Source: Spirochaetia bacterium
GTDB taxonomy: Bacteria > Spirochaetota > Spirochaetia > SZUA-6 > Bin103
Reading direction: 5' to 3'
DNA: 64,000 nucleotides
NCBI GenBank assembly: GCA_965203905.1
Contig: CBDBDQ010000005.1
Location: 3,296,001-3,360,000, forward strand
A model generated the notes under the pieces. It was not told the origin of the DNA. It saw only the letters and a list, made by a program, of their open reading frames with translations, and ran no database searches. The translations under genes and the position numbers were made by a program. Of this stretch, positions 1 to 9,745 are shown piece by piece (position 1 is the stretch's first letter; each line of letters opens with the position of its first letter).

Positions 1-51
1 GCGGCGGCCGAACGTGGCGAGCTTTACCTTCATGCCGTACGTCGCTTCCAT
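1..51 (-). CDS. 5' fragment of a CDS running off the window (MEATYGMKVKLATFGRR...), possibly RDD-family membrane protein
   Basis: ATG at 51 with purine-rich AAGAAGGA upstream; 'LATFGRR' resembles the RDD N-terminal motif; only 17 codons visible. Confidence 0.3.
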   Translation of the reverse strand, partial: MEATYGMKVKLATFGRR

Positions 52-244
52 GCTGCGGGCGGTCCTTCTTTATTCTCGGTTCGATGGAAACCTGGCTTCA
101 CTCAAGTGATGGGGTTCCACCAGCTTGCGGGCCGCGGCCTGGTGACGTGGCGGCTGCTTTCGCAGGCAGTATACCGGGCCACCTGGCGGCGGTCACCGGT
201 GGAACGGCCACTGTTTCCTGAGCGTCCGCAGCCAGCGTGCAGCG

Positions 245-1513
245 TCACGGGCGGCGCAGGGTCTCCTGGACCGAGAAGATGAACAGGGCGGCGCCGGCGA
301 CGCCCAGCAGCGCCACCGCGGGGCCGGCGAAGGCCAGCGAGAGAACGGCGGCCACGGCGCCGATGACGGTCGGTCCGGCGGTGGTGCCCACATCCCCGAT
401 CAGGCGCCACATGCCGATGAATTCGCCGGCGCCGCGGCGCGGGGCGAGGTCGGTTCCCATGGTCATCAGGAAGCCGCTCCCCAGGCCGTTGCCGGCTCCC
501 GCCAGCACGCCCACCAGCAGCAGGCCCAGGAAACCGGCGGTCAGCGGCATCAGCGCCAGGCTCACGGACATCACCACGATCGACGCCACCGCCGCCCAGC
601 GCCGGCCGAGGCGATCCATGGTCATCCCGCTGGGGTAGAACATCGCCATGTCGGCGATGCCGGAACCGCTCATCGCCAGCCCCACCTGCGCCACCGGCAG
701 GCCGATCGCCTCCCCCCACAGCGGTATGAACAGGGAGCGCGCGGCGCGCACCAGGTTGAGGGCGATGATCGCCGGGCCGGCGCGCAGCAGCACCCGCCAG
801 TGGTCGCGGACGATCGCCAGCGGATGGTACCAGCCGCCTTCCGCCGGCTGCCGCGGCTGAGGCCGGCGCGCGGGCATCCAGCGCAGGGCCGCCAGCGCCG
901 CCAGCACCGTCAGGCAGGAGAGGGCCAGGAACGGCGCGCGCAGACCCAGGACGCCGGCCATGGCACCGCCCAGCGCCGGCCCGACGGCAAAGGTGCCGAT
1001 CCGGTTGACGCCGCCCAGGGTGGCCAGCACCCGGCCTCGATGCTCCTGCACCACCGTGGCGCGGGCGAGGGCCATGCGTCCCACCATCCACGCCCCGCGC
1101 CCGGCGCCCATCAGCAGCGCGGCGAGCCCCAGCAGCAACAACCCGCCGGCCCCGGCGGCCAGCAGCCCGGCGACGGTGAGGGTGCCGAGCACCGTGATCA
1201 CCATGGTGCGCTGCGGCCAGCGGGCGGCGATCACTCCCGCCGGGATGTCTATCACAAGCGTGCCCACCGCGATCAGCGCCACGATCCCAGCGGCGCCGGC
1301 GACGCTGCCGCTCAAACTGGTCGCCAGCCGCGGCAGCACCGGCAGCGTGAGCCCCCAGCCGATGGTGTAGAGGAGTTCCGGAAGGTAGAAGGAAAGAACC
1401 AGGATGCGGAGGTTGCGCGCCGGCACGCGCGCATTATCGGCGGCCGGGACGCGGCGGGGAACCCCGCGTGGTGGGCATAGACGACGGTGCCGGAGCCGAG
1501 CCGTCTCTCCCAT
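245..1513 (-). CDS. MFS transporter (true start probably ~1426)
   Basis: About 12 hydrophobic segments; MFS motif A-like 'GMTMDRLGRR' in the C-terminal half. Confidence 0.85.
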   Translation of the reverse strand: MGETARLRHRRLCPPRGVPRRVPAADNARVPARNLRILVLSFYLPELLYTIGWGLTLPVLPRLATSLSGSVAGAAGIVALIAVGTLVIDIPAGVIAARWPQRTMVITVLGTLTVAGLLAAGAGGLLLLGLAALLMGAGRGAWMVGRMALARATVVQEHRGRVLATLGGVNRIGTFAVGPALGGAMAGVLGLRAPFLALSCLTVLAALAALRWMPARRPQPRQPAEGGWYHPLAIVRDHWRVLLRAGPAIIALNLVRAARSLFIPLWGEAIGLPVAQVGLAMSGSGIADMAMFYPSGMTMDRLGRRWAAVASIVVMSVSLALMPLTAGFLGLLLVGVLAGAGNGLGSGFLMTMGTDLAPRRGAGEFIGMWRLIGDVGTTAGPTVIGAVAAVLSLAFAGPAVALLGVAGAALFIFSVQETLRRP

Positions 1514-1529
1514 GTGTTATAGTGAATGA

Positions 1530-4500
1530 GTGCTGAGTGACTCGGGGATTTACCGGAACGCACTCCAGGTCTCGCCGACCCGCATCGCGGCTCTGGACGA
1601 TACCGACTTGAACGAACTCATGGGCCAGTTGTTGCGAGCCCAGACCTACCGTTGCGGTTCCCCGCGCGATCTCGTGAACACGGAGATCAGAGCATCAGAC
1701 GCCGGCTGCGATGGCTGGACTGAGCGTCCTGCGACGGCGGATCCCTGGCTCGGTTCCACAGATACGTGTTGGCAGTTCAAGTCGGGGAGGGCCGGGGAGC
1801 CCGGTCGGCTGGGCCCTGAGGTGGAAAAGCCAACACCGCTCCGAACGTTGCGTGGCGGCGGGCGGTTCGTGGTCGTTGCAAGTGGTTCGACAAGGGGGAC
1901 GGCGGGCGTCGACGAACGACGGGCACAACTGACCACTGCCGCCAGACAACTCGGGCTGCCCGAGGAAGCTGACGAGAGAATAGTTGTCTACGGCAGTGAA
2001 GAAGTCGCCAAGTGGTGCAACCAGCATCCTGCCATTGCGGCGCGCTGGGCGGGACGGCCGCCGGGGCTGCTGACGTGGGACGAGTGGGCGGGCAGTAGTG
2101 AACATCGGATGCACTATGAAGCCTCCGCGGAAGTGCAGGCAATCCTGACGGAAGGAAGAGCCGATCTGGACTTCGCCACGGGCAGTGTCCATCATCTGCA
2201 TGTCCAGGGTCCGCCGGGTGTTGGAAAGACACGATTCGCACTCGAGCTCTGTCGCGAAGCACCGTGGCGAGATACGGTGGTCTATTTTGCGCAGAGCGAG
2301 GATCACCGCTTGCTCGAATTGATCGACAGTGTGGCGCAAGAGGCAGATCCCGCGGTTCGATTGATGGTCGTCGCGGACGAGGCACAGCCGGAGCATCTTT
2401 TGCCGTTCCGGAACTCGGTGGAACGTGCGAACGGTCGGGTCCGGCTCGTCACCGTGGGTGGTTGTTGGACTCCCGACCCACAGAGAATACCGGAACTGCG
2501 GATCGAACCGCTTGACGCAGCGATGATGCGGCCCGTGGTCCGCAACTGGTATCCGGCAATGCCGCCGGAGCACGTTGACTACGTAATACGCCTCGCGGAC
2601 GGTTACCTGCGGTTGGCACGGCTCGTCGCGAATGTGGTTGACGCCGATCGCGAGGCAACCGTACCGGAAGTGCTGCACCGTACGGAAGTCCGTCAGCTTC
2701 TCGACCGCATGCTCGGGAGGGGGGACCGGCGACCGCTGCATGTCGTCGCGATTCTGTCTCACGTAGGCTGGGATGATGACCGGCGCGCCGAGGGAGAAGC
2801 GATCGCCGCGTACATGGGGCTCGACTGGAGTCAAGTGCGCCATGCCGTCAACGATTTCCATCGTCGCATGCAGATTGCTCCGCGCGGTGGACGCTATCGA
2901 TATATCTCACCGGAGCCGCTCGGGATATATCTTGCTCTCGAAGCGCTGGACGTCAATCCTGAAATGCTGGAGGCGCTGCCTGCGAGGTTGCCCTCGGAGC
3001 CGGCAAGAGATGCGTTCTATCAGCGTATGCAGGCGATCTCCAGCAATCCAGGAACGCGAGAGTACTCACGCGAAAAGCTGCGCTTTTTTTTTCGGATCGA
3101 TGATTTCGTAGATCCTCAGCGAGTGCGTCGATGGTCGGCGTTCTCCGCGTCGGACCCGGAGGCAGCCGCGGCCAACATAGGTCGCGCCCTGCAGGCGGCC
3201 GGTGTCGAGGAACGCAGGAGGATCAGAGGCGAAGCAAGGCGTGAGATCGTCTGGAGACTGGTTCGCATCGCGTGGCGCTCATCCGCATTTCACGACGCGG
3301 TTACGGCGCTGGCGCTGCTGGCCGAGGCGGAGAACGAGCCCTGGGCGAATAATGCCACCGGCGAGTTCGTGGCGCGTTTCCAGGTAGTTCTGGGCGGCAC
3401 CGGGCTTCCCTACCTCCGCCGTCTGCACGTGATCGATGAATTGCTGGAGTTGGGGAGGCCTGAGTTGGCGAGGCTCTGCATAAGAGCCTTGTCCCGGGTC
3501 GGAGGAGGATCCGAGACTCGCGGTGGAATCGTCCCCCCGTCCGACCAGGTGCCGGAGAGGGAGTGGCAGCCCGAGACGGGAAGCGAGCGCCTGGAGTGTA
3601 TCCGCAACGCTGTCGCCAGATTGGAATCCGTTGCCACACTTCGGCTCCCCGCCCTGCAAGCCGACTTGGTGAGGGCTGCGGGTGGTCTGTCTTTGCTCCT
3701 TCGCTATCGCAAGACGCGCACGATGGTCGCGAGATTCCTCGTAGCCGTACGCGTAGCCTACCCCGGTGCTCGGGAGCCACTGAGGCAAGTCGTAGCCGGC
3801 GTCATGCACCTGTACATGGAGGATCTTCCACCCGATCAACAGCGAGAGCTTGCCGAGCTGCATGCAGAATTCGAAGACAGTGCGCTAGGGGCGCGGCTGG
3901 AGCAGCACGTCGGGGCGCGACCATGGGAGCGGATTCTGCCTCCCGAGTTCGCGTCACTCGCTGCGGAGCTTCTTGCCGCTCCCACCGTGCTGGAGGAGTA
4001 CTGGCCCTGGTTGACTTCGGGCGACGCCGCGTCCGCATGGGAGTTCGGTGTGTCTCTGGCCAAGGTAGACCAGAGAGGCCGCTTTCTCAGTGCACTGCCG
4101 ACATTCGCTGACACTGGGTCAGACCTGCGTATGGTATGCGGGTACGTCGCCGCGCGACGGGAGGCTCTTGGCGACGAGTGGTACGAACAGTGGGTGTCGT
4201 CTCAGTTCGACCGTGATCCGCAGCCGGTAAGGCTCATACACGAAGCTATCTGGCGTTGTGGCGTGACTGATCGGATAGCCGGCATGATGGCGGGAATGCT
4301 GCGGGAGCAACAAGTCAGCTCGCTGATCGTGGGACAGGTCGCCTACGCCGACTGGCGCGGTACATCAGCCAGCGTGCTTGAAAGCGTATTGCGAGTGATG
4401 GCGGATACAGGCCACGCCGAGACCGCGTTCAGTATCCTTCAGCGCCGCATGGAGCAGGCTCCCGTCGAGATGGAGTGTTGGAAGCCGTTCGCCGTGGAGT

Positions 4501-5174
4501 TGGTAACGAGCGTTGACCTGATCCGCTGCGGCGGGACAGCCAGCGACCGCTGGAAGGAAGTCGCAGTCGCTCTTGTCGAGGATCACTTCGAGAAGATAGC
4601 CACGGCTATTTTTCGGGCTCATGCAAGTCGCAAACCGACCGAGAGCTGGTTCATAGACACTGAATCAGCCGCTGCCGAGGTGCTTGTTTCTTGTGTCAAG
4701 CAGGATCCCGGCCGGATCTGGAAGACTTTGCTCTGCTTCCTCTCGCCACCTGGCGAAGCATACCTGTTTGCGTCCGGTTTCCCGACAGAGGTGATGGATC
4801 TGCTGCCCGTGGATGACATACTAACTTGGATCGGGGAGTTGCCCCGTGAGAAGGCCGCAGAACGTGTGGCTGCACTGGCCCGTATGAGCAACATGGACTC
4901 GCTGAATGACGATACGCTGGCTGCACGTCTCATCGGCAAGTATGGGGACAATGAGATTGTGGCCGAGGGTTTCTTTGCTCGTTACGTCTCGGGCAGTTGG
5001 TGGGGGCCAGCCTCTTCACACTGGAGCGCTCGTGCTGAGGCACTAAAAAAAGTGGCCGAGCGTAGCGTACTTCCCAGACTGCGCGACTGGGCGTCAGCGA
5101 CCGCTCGGACTATCGATGAGATGGCCGCGCAGGAAGAGCAGCGGGAAGAGGAACGACAGCTCCTGATTCGTTGA
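1530..5174 (+). CDS. Large P-loop (STAND-like) NTPase with N-terminal PD-(D/E)xK/Mrr-like nuclease motif and long helical C-terminus; candidate antiviral protein
   Basis: 1214 aa; 'DAGCDG...WQFKSG' (D..QxK), Walker A GPPGVGKT, Walker B MVVADE; lower GC than the flanks. Confidence 0.65.
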   Translation: MLSDSGIYRNALQVSPTRIAALDDTDLNELMGQLLRAQTYRCGSPRDLVNTEIRASDAGCDGWTERPATADPWLGSTDTCWQFKSGRAGEPGRLGPEVEKPTPLRTLRGGGRFVVVASGSTRGTAGVDERRAQLTTAARQLGLPEEADERIVVYGSEEVAKWCNQHPAIAARWAGRPPGLLTWDEWAGSSEHRMHYEASAEVQAILTEGRADLDFATGSVHHLHVQGPPGVGKTRFALELCREAPWRDTVVYFAQSEDHRLLELIDSVAQEADPAVRLMVVADEAQPEHLLPFRNSVERANGRVRLVTVGGCWTPDPQRIPELRIEPLDAAMMRPVVRNWYPAMPPEHVDYVIRLADGYLRLARLVANVVDADREATVPEVLHRTEVRQLLDRMLGRGDRRPLHVVAILSHVGWDDDRRAEGEAIAAYMGLDWSQVRHAVNDFHRRMQIAPRGGRYRYISPEPLGIYLALEALDVNPEMLEALPARLPSEPARDAFYQRMQAISSNPGTREYSREKLRFFFRIDDFVDPQRVRRWSAFSASDPEAAAANIGRALQAAGVEERRRIRGEARREIVWRLVRIAWRSSAFHDAVTALALLAEAENEPWANNATGEFVARFQVVLGGTGLPYLRRLHVIDELLELGRPELARLCIRALSRVGGGSETRGGIVPPSDQVPEREWQPETGSERLECIRNAVARLESVATLRLPALQADLVRAAGGLSLLLRYRKTRTMVARFLVAVRVAYPGAREPLRQVVAGVMHLYMEDLPPDQQRELAELHAEFEDSALGARLEQHVGARPWERILPPEFASLAAELLAAPTVLEEYWPWLTSGDAASAWEFGVSLAKVDQRGRFLSALPTFADTGSDLRMVCGYVAARREALGDEWYEQWVSSQFDRDPQPVRLIHEAIWRCGVTDRIAGMMAGMLREQQVSSLIVGQVAYADWRGTSASVLESVLRVMADTGHAETAFSILQRRMEQAPVEMECWKPFAVELVTSVDLIRCGGTASDRWKEVAVALVEDHFEKIATAIFRAHASRKPTESWFIDTESAAAEVLVSCVKQDPGRIWKTLLCFLSPPGEAYLFASGFPTEVMDLLPVDDILTWIGELPREKAAERVAALARMSNMDSLNDDTLAARLIGKYGDNEIVAEGFFARYVSGSWWGPASSHWSARAEALKKVAERSVLPRLRDWASATARTIDEMAAQEEQREEERQLLIR

Positions 5175-5192
5175 GCCGGCCGACCTCGGCTG

Positions 5193-6590
5193 CTACCCCC
5201 CGCGTTGCCAGATCACGGTCTCGGGGCGGAACTGGCTCCAGGCGAACCAGAACGCTTCGTGGCTGGCGACCTCGCGGTCGCCGATGAAGGCGCGGATGCC
5301 GCTGCCGTCCAGGGCCACCCGGATGCCCTCCAGCTCCACCGGCTCGCCGGCCTGCAGGGCGAGCACGGCGCTGGCCACCGGGAAGGCCACCGGCAGGCCG
5401 GCCGCGCTCTCCACCCCGAGGATCCGTTCCTGCACCGCCAGGCGCGGGTCCACGTCGCCCACCGGGAAGATCGGGCCGTTGTCGTCGCGCCCGCGCAACG
5501 GATCCAGGGGGTAGCTCTTGCCGGGCTGGCCACCGTCGCTGGCGATGATGGTGGTGTCCGGGTGCGCCTCCTTCCACGCCGCCCAGGTGGAGGTGACCAC
5601 CGACACCTGGTTGAGCACCACGCCGTCCTCGTGCAGCGGTCCCGACAGGGCGCGCCCGGTGAAGGTGTCCATGGCGGAGAGGGTGCTGATGTCGTACATC
5701 AGCTTGTTGGAGCGCGCCAGCAGGCCGGAGGTGCGCAGCACCGGCCGGTGCGGATCCACGTCATCGGTGTAGTAGGCCTGCGCCGAGCCGCACAGGGTGC
5801 AGTAGGGCATGCCGATGCGGCGTCCGCCGAGGGTGTCGTTCACCATCTCGTGGACCTCCATGATGTTCTTGGGATAAGCCCGCGCCTCGCCGTTTATCAC
5901 CACCCCGAACACCAGGCGCTCGTCGGGATACCAGCTCCCGCCGGCGGCATCGGTCACCGGCGGGTCGTCGAGCGCCGGGATGCAGCGGAAGCAGAACTGC
6001 CCGGGACTGGCGTCCTGGCGGTCGTCCATCAGCACCCCGCCCCAGGCCACCAGGCGCCAGTCGATGGCCGAGTCGGCATCGGCGAAGAACGGTTCCCAGC
6101 GCGGGTCGATCAGGGTCAGCAGTTGGCCCTTCAACTCGCGGTAGCCGGGAAACGCCGGCAGGTCCCAGGCGATGAGCCGGTCGGGCATCGCGTTGTAGTC
6201 GCCGTGCGGTACCTCGCCGCTGGTCAGTTCATCGAACGCATCCCACAGCGCCTCCATCTCGCGCCAGCCGGCGAAGCGCATCAGGTCGACCAGGAACCAG
6301 CCGACGCGCGCGTCGCCGGACTCGCCGAGGCGGGCGATCGCGTCGAGGTCGAAGTTGCGCGCTTCGATCCGCTCGATCACCAGCTCCATGTCGGCACGGG
6401 TCTCGGCCAGCAGCTCGCCCTCCGGGAAGCTCGGCGCCGAGGGGAACACCTGGCCGAAGGCGCCTGTCAGGGCTCCGCCGGGTGCTGCCGCCGCCGGCAC
6501 GGCGGCGACGGCGAAGGCGAGGGCAGCCAGCAGCGCGGCCGGCAGCGGCGCCGACAGTGGACGCGACTTTGGGACGTTCATATGCAACAT
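5193..6590 (-). CDS. DUF3179-domain protein, probably secreted
   Basis: 'IPALDDP', 'ARAYP...HEMVND', 'YCTLCGS', C-terminal 'AFWFAWSQFRPET'; Ala/Leu-rich signal-like N-terminus; start uncertain (6581-6590). Confidence 0.8.
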   Translation of the reverse strand: MLHMNVPKSRPLSAPLPAALLAALAFAVAAVPAAAAPGGALTGAFGQVFPSAPSFPEGELLAETRADMELVIERIEARNFDLDAIARLGESGDARVGWFLVDLMRFAGWREMEALWDAFDELTSGEVPHGDYNAMPDRLIAWDLPAFPGYRELKGQLLTLIDPRWEPFFADADSAIDWRLVAWGGVLMDDRQDASPGQFCFRCIPALDDPPVTDAAGGSWYPDERLVFGVVINGEARAYPKNIMEVHEMVNDTLGGRRIGMPYCTLCGSAQAYYTDDVDPHRPVLRTSGLLARSNKLMYDISTLSAMDTFTGRALSGPLHEDGVVLNQVSVVTSTWAAWKEAHPDTTIIASDGGQPGKSYPLDPLRGRDDNGPIFPVGDVDPRLAVQERILGVESAAGLPVAFPVASAVLALQAGEPVELEGIRVALDGSGIRAFIGDREVASHEAFWFAWSQFRPETVIWQRGG

Positions 6591-6711
6591 GATACCCGAC
6601 TGTTGCCGGCCGCACCCGGTGGTGCGCGGATCCGCGGTTTCGGGGCGATCCCCGTGGCGGGCGCGAACAGTGCGGGCGCGGGCAGGCGGCGTTTCGTGGC
6701 ACAATCGCCCC

Positions 6712-7878
6712 ATGGTTTCACTTGACCGCACCGGCCAGGCGCCGGGACAGCCGGGGGGCGGTGAGGATTTTCAGCCCGCTGCGCGGCTGGCCGCGGTGCG
6801 CGCCTGGTTGGACTCCCACGACGAGGTGGACGGCCTGCTGCTGGTGCGCCAGGAGTCGCTGGAGGACTACGACCTGCGCTACCTGACCGGGTTCACCGGG
6901 TCCTCCGCCTTTGCGATCGTGACCGCGGGCCGGGCGCTGCTGCTGACCGACGTGCGTTACGTGGAGCAGGCGGCCCGGCAGTGTCCGGGCTGGTGCATCC
7001 GGCGCCACGGGCGTCCCGTCGCCCCGGCGCTGGTGGAAGCCCTGCAGGGCGCCGGCGTGCGGCGGCTGGCGTTCGAGCCGTCAGGACTCACGGTCGCCCT
7101 GTGGAACGAGCTCCGGGACGGGCTGCCGGACACGGCGCTGGAGCCGGCAGCCGGCGCGGTGACGGCGCTGCGGGCCCACAAGGATGCGGCCGAGGTCGAC
7201 GCCATCGCCCGCGCCTGCGCCGTCAGCGACGCCGCGTTCGGGCAACTGCTGCCGGAGCTGCGCGCCGGCGCCCGCGAGCGCGACGTGGCGCGGCGCCTGG
7301 AGGACCTGCTGTACCGCCATGGCGCCGACGCCATCGCCTTCGAGTCGATCGTCGCCTCCGGTCCCAACTCGGCGCTGCCGCACGCGCGGCCGGGACCGCG
7401 GGCTCTCGCGCCCGGCGACCTGGTCGTGTTCGACTTCGGCGCCCGCATCGACGGCTACTGCGCCGACATCACCCGCACCGTGGTGCTGGGGCCGGCGTCG
7501 GCGGCCCAGCGGCGTCTGTACGACACGGTACGCGAGATTCAGGCGGCCGCGGTGGCGGGGATGCGCGCGGGGGCGCGCTGCTCGGATCTCGATGCCGCCG
7601 CCAAGCGCGCCATGCAGGCTGCGGGCTACGGCGAGTACCCCACCCACAGCCTCGGCCACGGTCTTGGCCTGGCGATCCACGAGGATCCTGCCCTGCGCCC
7701 GGACAACGACGCGCCGCTCGCCCCCGGTCACGTGGTGACCGTCGAGCCCGGCATCTACCTGCCGGGTTTCGGCGGCGTGCGCATCGAGGATACCGTGGTG
7801 CTGGAGGAGCGCGGCTGCCGGGTGCTCACGGGAACTCCCCGGGAGTTGGTAGAGCTCCCCGTTGCGGAGGACGCATGA
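6712..7878 (+). CDS. Xaa-Pro aminopeptidase/dipeptidase (M24 family)
   Basis: 'YLTGFTGS', 'SALPH', 'DFGA...YCADITRT', 'HSLGHGLGLAIHE', 'TVEPGIY...GGVRIED'. Confidence 0.92.
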   Translation: MVSLDRTGQAPGQPGGGEDFQPAARLAAVRAWLDSHDEVDGLLLVRQESLEDYDLRYLTGFTGSSAFAIVTAGRALLLTDVRYVEQAARQCPGWCIRRHGRPVAPALVEALQGAGVRRLAFEPSGLTVALWNELRDGLPDTALEPAAGAVTALRAHKDAAEVDAIARACAVSDAAFGQLLPELRAGARERDVARRLEDLLYRHGADAIAFESIVASGPNSALPHARPGPRALAPGDLVVFDFGARIDGYCADITRTVVLGPASAAQRRLYDTVREIQAAAVAGMRAGARCSDLDAAAKRAMQAAGYGEYPTHSLGHGLGLAIHEDPALRPDNDAPLAPGHVVTVEPGIYLPGFGGVRIEDTVVLEERGCRVLTGTPRELVELPVAEDA

Positions 7879-8261
7879 GTCAGGAAGAACGGACACGGAT
7901 CCTCTCCTTGCTGGAGGAGGGGAAGATCACCGCCGCCGAGGCGGCGCGGCTGCTGGAGGCGCTGGCAGCCGCCCCTCCCACGCCGGCACGTCCGGAGGCC
8001 GGCGGCGGCCGCCTGCACGTGCAGGTGACCGACCGCGCCACCGGCGCCAGGCGCGTGCACTTCACGGTGCCCGCGGCGCTGGCGCGGATCGGCGTGCAGC
8101 TGCTGGCCGCGGCGGACCTGGGCGACGAGCTTGCCGCCGCCGGTCTCTCCGCCGCGGACCTGGAACGGGTGCAGGAGGCGATCGACAGCGGAACCGTCGG
8201 CACGGTCCTGGAAGTGGACGACGGCAATTCCGGCTTCCGCGTCGAGGTCTGGATCGATTAG
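7875..8261 (+). CDS. Small SHOCT-like/YvlB-LiaX N-terminal domain protein
   Basis: 'MSQEERTRILSLLEEGKITAAEAARLLEAL'; ATGA overlap with the upstream gene. Confidence 0.75.
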   Translation: MSQEERTRILSLLEEGKITAAEAARLLEALAAAPPTPARPEAGGGRLHVQVTDRATGARRVHFTVPAALARIGVQLLAAADLGDELAAAGLSAADLERVQEAIDSGTVGTVLEVDDGNSGFRVEVWID

Positions 8262-8279
8262 AATTGAGGGTGAGGGAGG

Positions 8280-8765
8280 GTGGTGGAGTATCTGCCCTAC
8301 ATCTGGGCGGCGCTGGGGCTGGTGCTGATCGGCGCCGAGTTCCTGCTGCCCAGCTTCATGATCTTGTTCTTCGGCGCCGGCGGGCTGATCACCGCGGCCC
8401 TCACCGCGCTCATTCCCGGGTTGCGTGAGAGCCTGCCGGCTCAAGTGCTGGTGTGGCTCGGCGCCTCCACCGTGTCGCTGTTCTCGCTGCGCCACTGGCT
8501 GCGGGGGGTGTTCCACGGCAGCGTGCAGCGCGCCCGCGACGAGGACGAGTTCGCCGGCAGGCAGGCCACCGTGGTAGAGGCGATCTCGCCGCAGGTGCCA
8601 GGACGGGTGCGGTTTCAGGGCACCACCTGGGAGGCGCGCAGCTACGAGGGCAGCTTCGCTCCCGGCACCGCGGTGCAGATCGTCAAGAACGACAACCTGG
8701 CCCTGGTGGTGACGCGGGCATTCAGCGAAGAGATGCTCGACCAGGGCACGGAGGGAGACGGCTGA
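8280..8765 (+). CDS. NfeD-family protein (short form)
   Basis: Hydrophobic N-half and OB-like 'GRVRFQGTTWEA'; directly upstream of SPFH genes. Confidence 0.88.
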   Translation: MVEYLPYIWAALGLVLIGAEFLLPSFMILFFGAGGLITAALTALIPGLRESLPAQVLVWLGASTVSLFSLRHWLRGVFHGSVQRARDEDEFAGRQATVVEAISPQVPGRVRFQGTTWEARSYEGSFAPGTAVQIVKNDNLALVVTRAFSEEMLDQGTEGDG

Positions 8766-9745
8766 TGGCATTCGAGATCGTGCTGGCGCTGCTGGCGGCC
8801 GGGATCGTGATGTGGCTGTTCTCGCGCCTGGTGCGCATCGTGCCCGAGCAGGAGACCTACATCGTGGAGCGGCTCGGGAAGTTCACGCGCATGCTGGGCC
8901 CCGGCTTCCACGTGCTGGTGCCGCTGCTGGAACGAGTCGCGTACCGCCAGAACCTCAAGGAGGAGGCGATCGACGTTCCGCCGCAGATCTGCATCACCCA
9001 GGACAACGTCCAGGTGGAGGTGGACGGCGTCCTCTACCTGCGGGTGGTGGATCCGCAGAAGGCGAGCTACGGCATCGACGACTACCGCTTCGCCACCACC
9101 CAGTTGGCGCAGACCACGATGCGCTCGGAGATCGGCAAGATCAACCTGGAGGGCAGCTTCTCGGAACGGGAGGCGCTCAACGACGCCATCGTGCGCAGCG
9201 TGGACGAGGCGTCGGACCCGTGGGGAATCAAGGTGACCCGCTACGAGATTCGCGACATCGCGCCGCCCGCCGGCGTGCTGGAGGCGATGGAGCAGCAGAT
9301 GCGCGCCGAGCGCGAGAAGCGCGCCCAGATCCTGGAGAGTGAGGGCGCAAAGAGCGCCCGCATCAACCTCTCCAAGGGCGAGCGCGAGGAGGCGATCAAC
9401 CTCAGCAAGGGCGAGCGCCAGCGCCGCATCAACGAGGCCCAGGGCCGCGCCCGCGCCATCGAGGCCACCGCCGCCGCCACCGCCGACGGCATCCGCGAGA
9501 TCGCCGCCGCGATCCAGCTCCCCAAGGGCCAGGAGGCGGTGGCGATGCGCATCGCCGAGCAGTTCGTGAACCAGTTCGGTGAGATCCTGGAGCGCGCCCG
9601 GACCTCGGTGATGCCGGTGGACGTGGCGCAGATCCGCGCGCTGCTGCAGAGCGTCCTGCCCTCTGCCGGAGCGGCGCGGGGTAGCGGCGCGGGAGACGGG
9701 GCGGCCGGAACGTCGGGTGCGCCGCCCGGAGCGGACCGTCGATGA
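8765..9745 (+). CDS. SPFH/band 7 (stomatin/paraslipin-like) protein 1
   Basis: 'IVERLGKF', 'QICITQDNV', 'AQTTMRSEIG', 'WGIKVTRYEI', 'MRAEREKRA'. Confidence 0.92.
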   Translation: MAFEIVLALLAAGIVMWLFSRLVRIVPEQETYIVERLGKFTRMLGPGFHVLVPLLERVAYRQNLKEEAIDVPPQICITQDNVQVEVDGVLYLRVVDPQKASYGIDDYRFATTQLAQTTMRSEIGKINLEGSFSEREALNDAIVRSVDEASDPWGIKVTRYEIRDIAPPAGVLEAMEQQMRAEREKRAQILESEGAKSARINLSKGEREEAINLSKGERQRRINEAQGRARAIEATAAATADGIREIAAAIQLPKGQEAVAMRIAEQFVNQFGEILERARTSVMPVDVAQIRALLQSVLPSAGAARGSGAGDGAAGTSGAPPGADRR

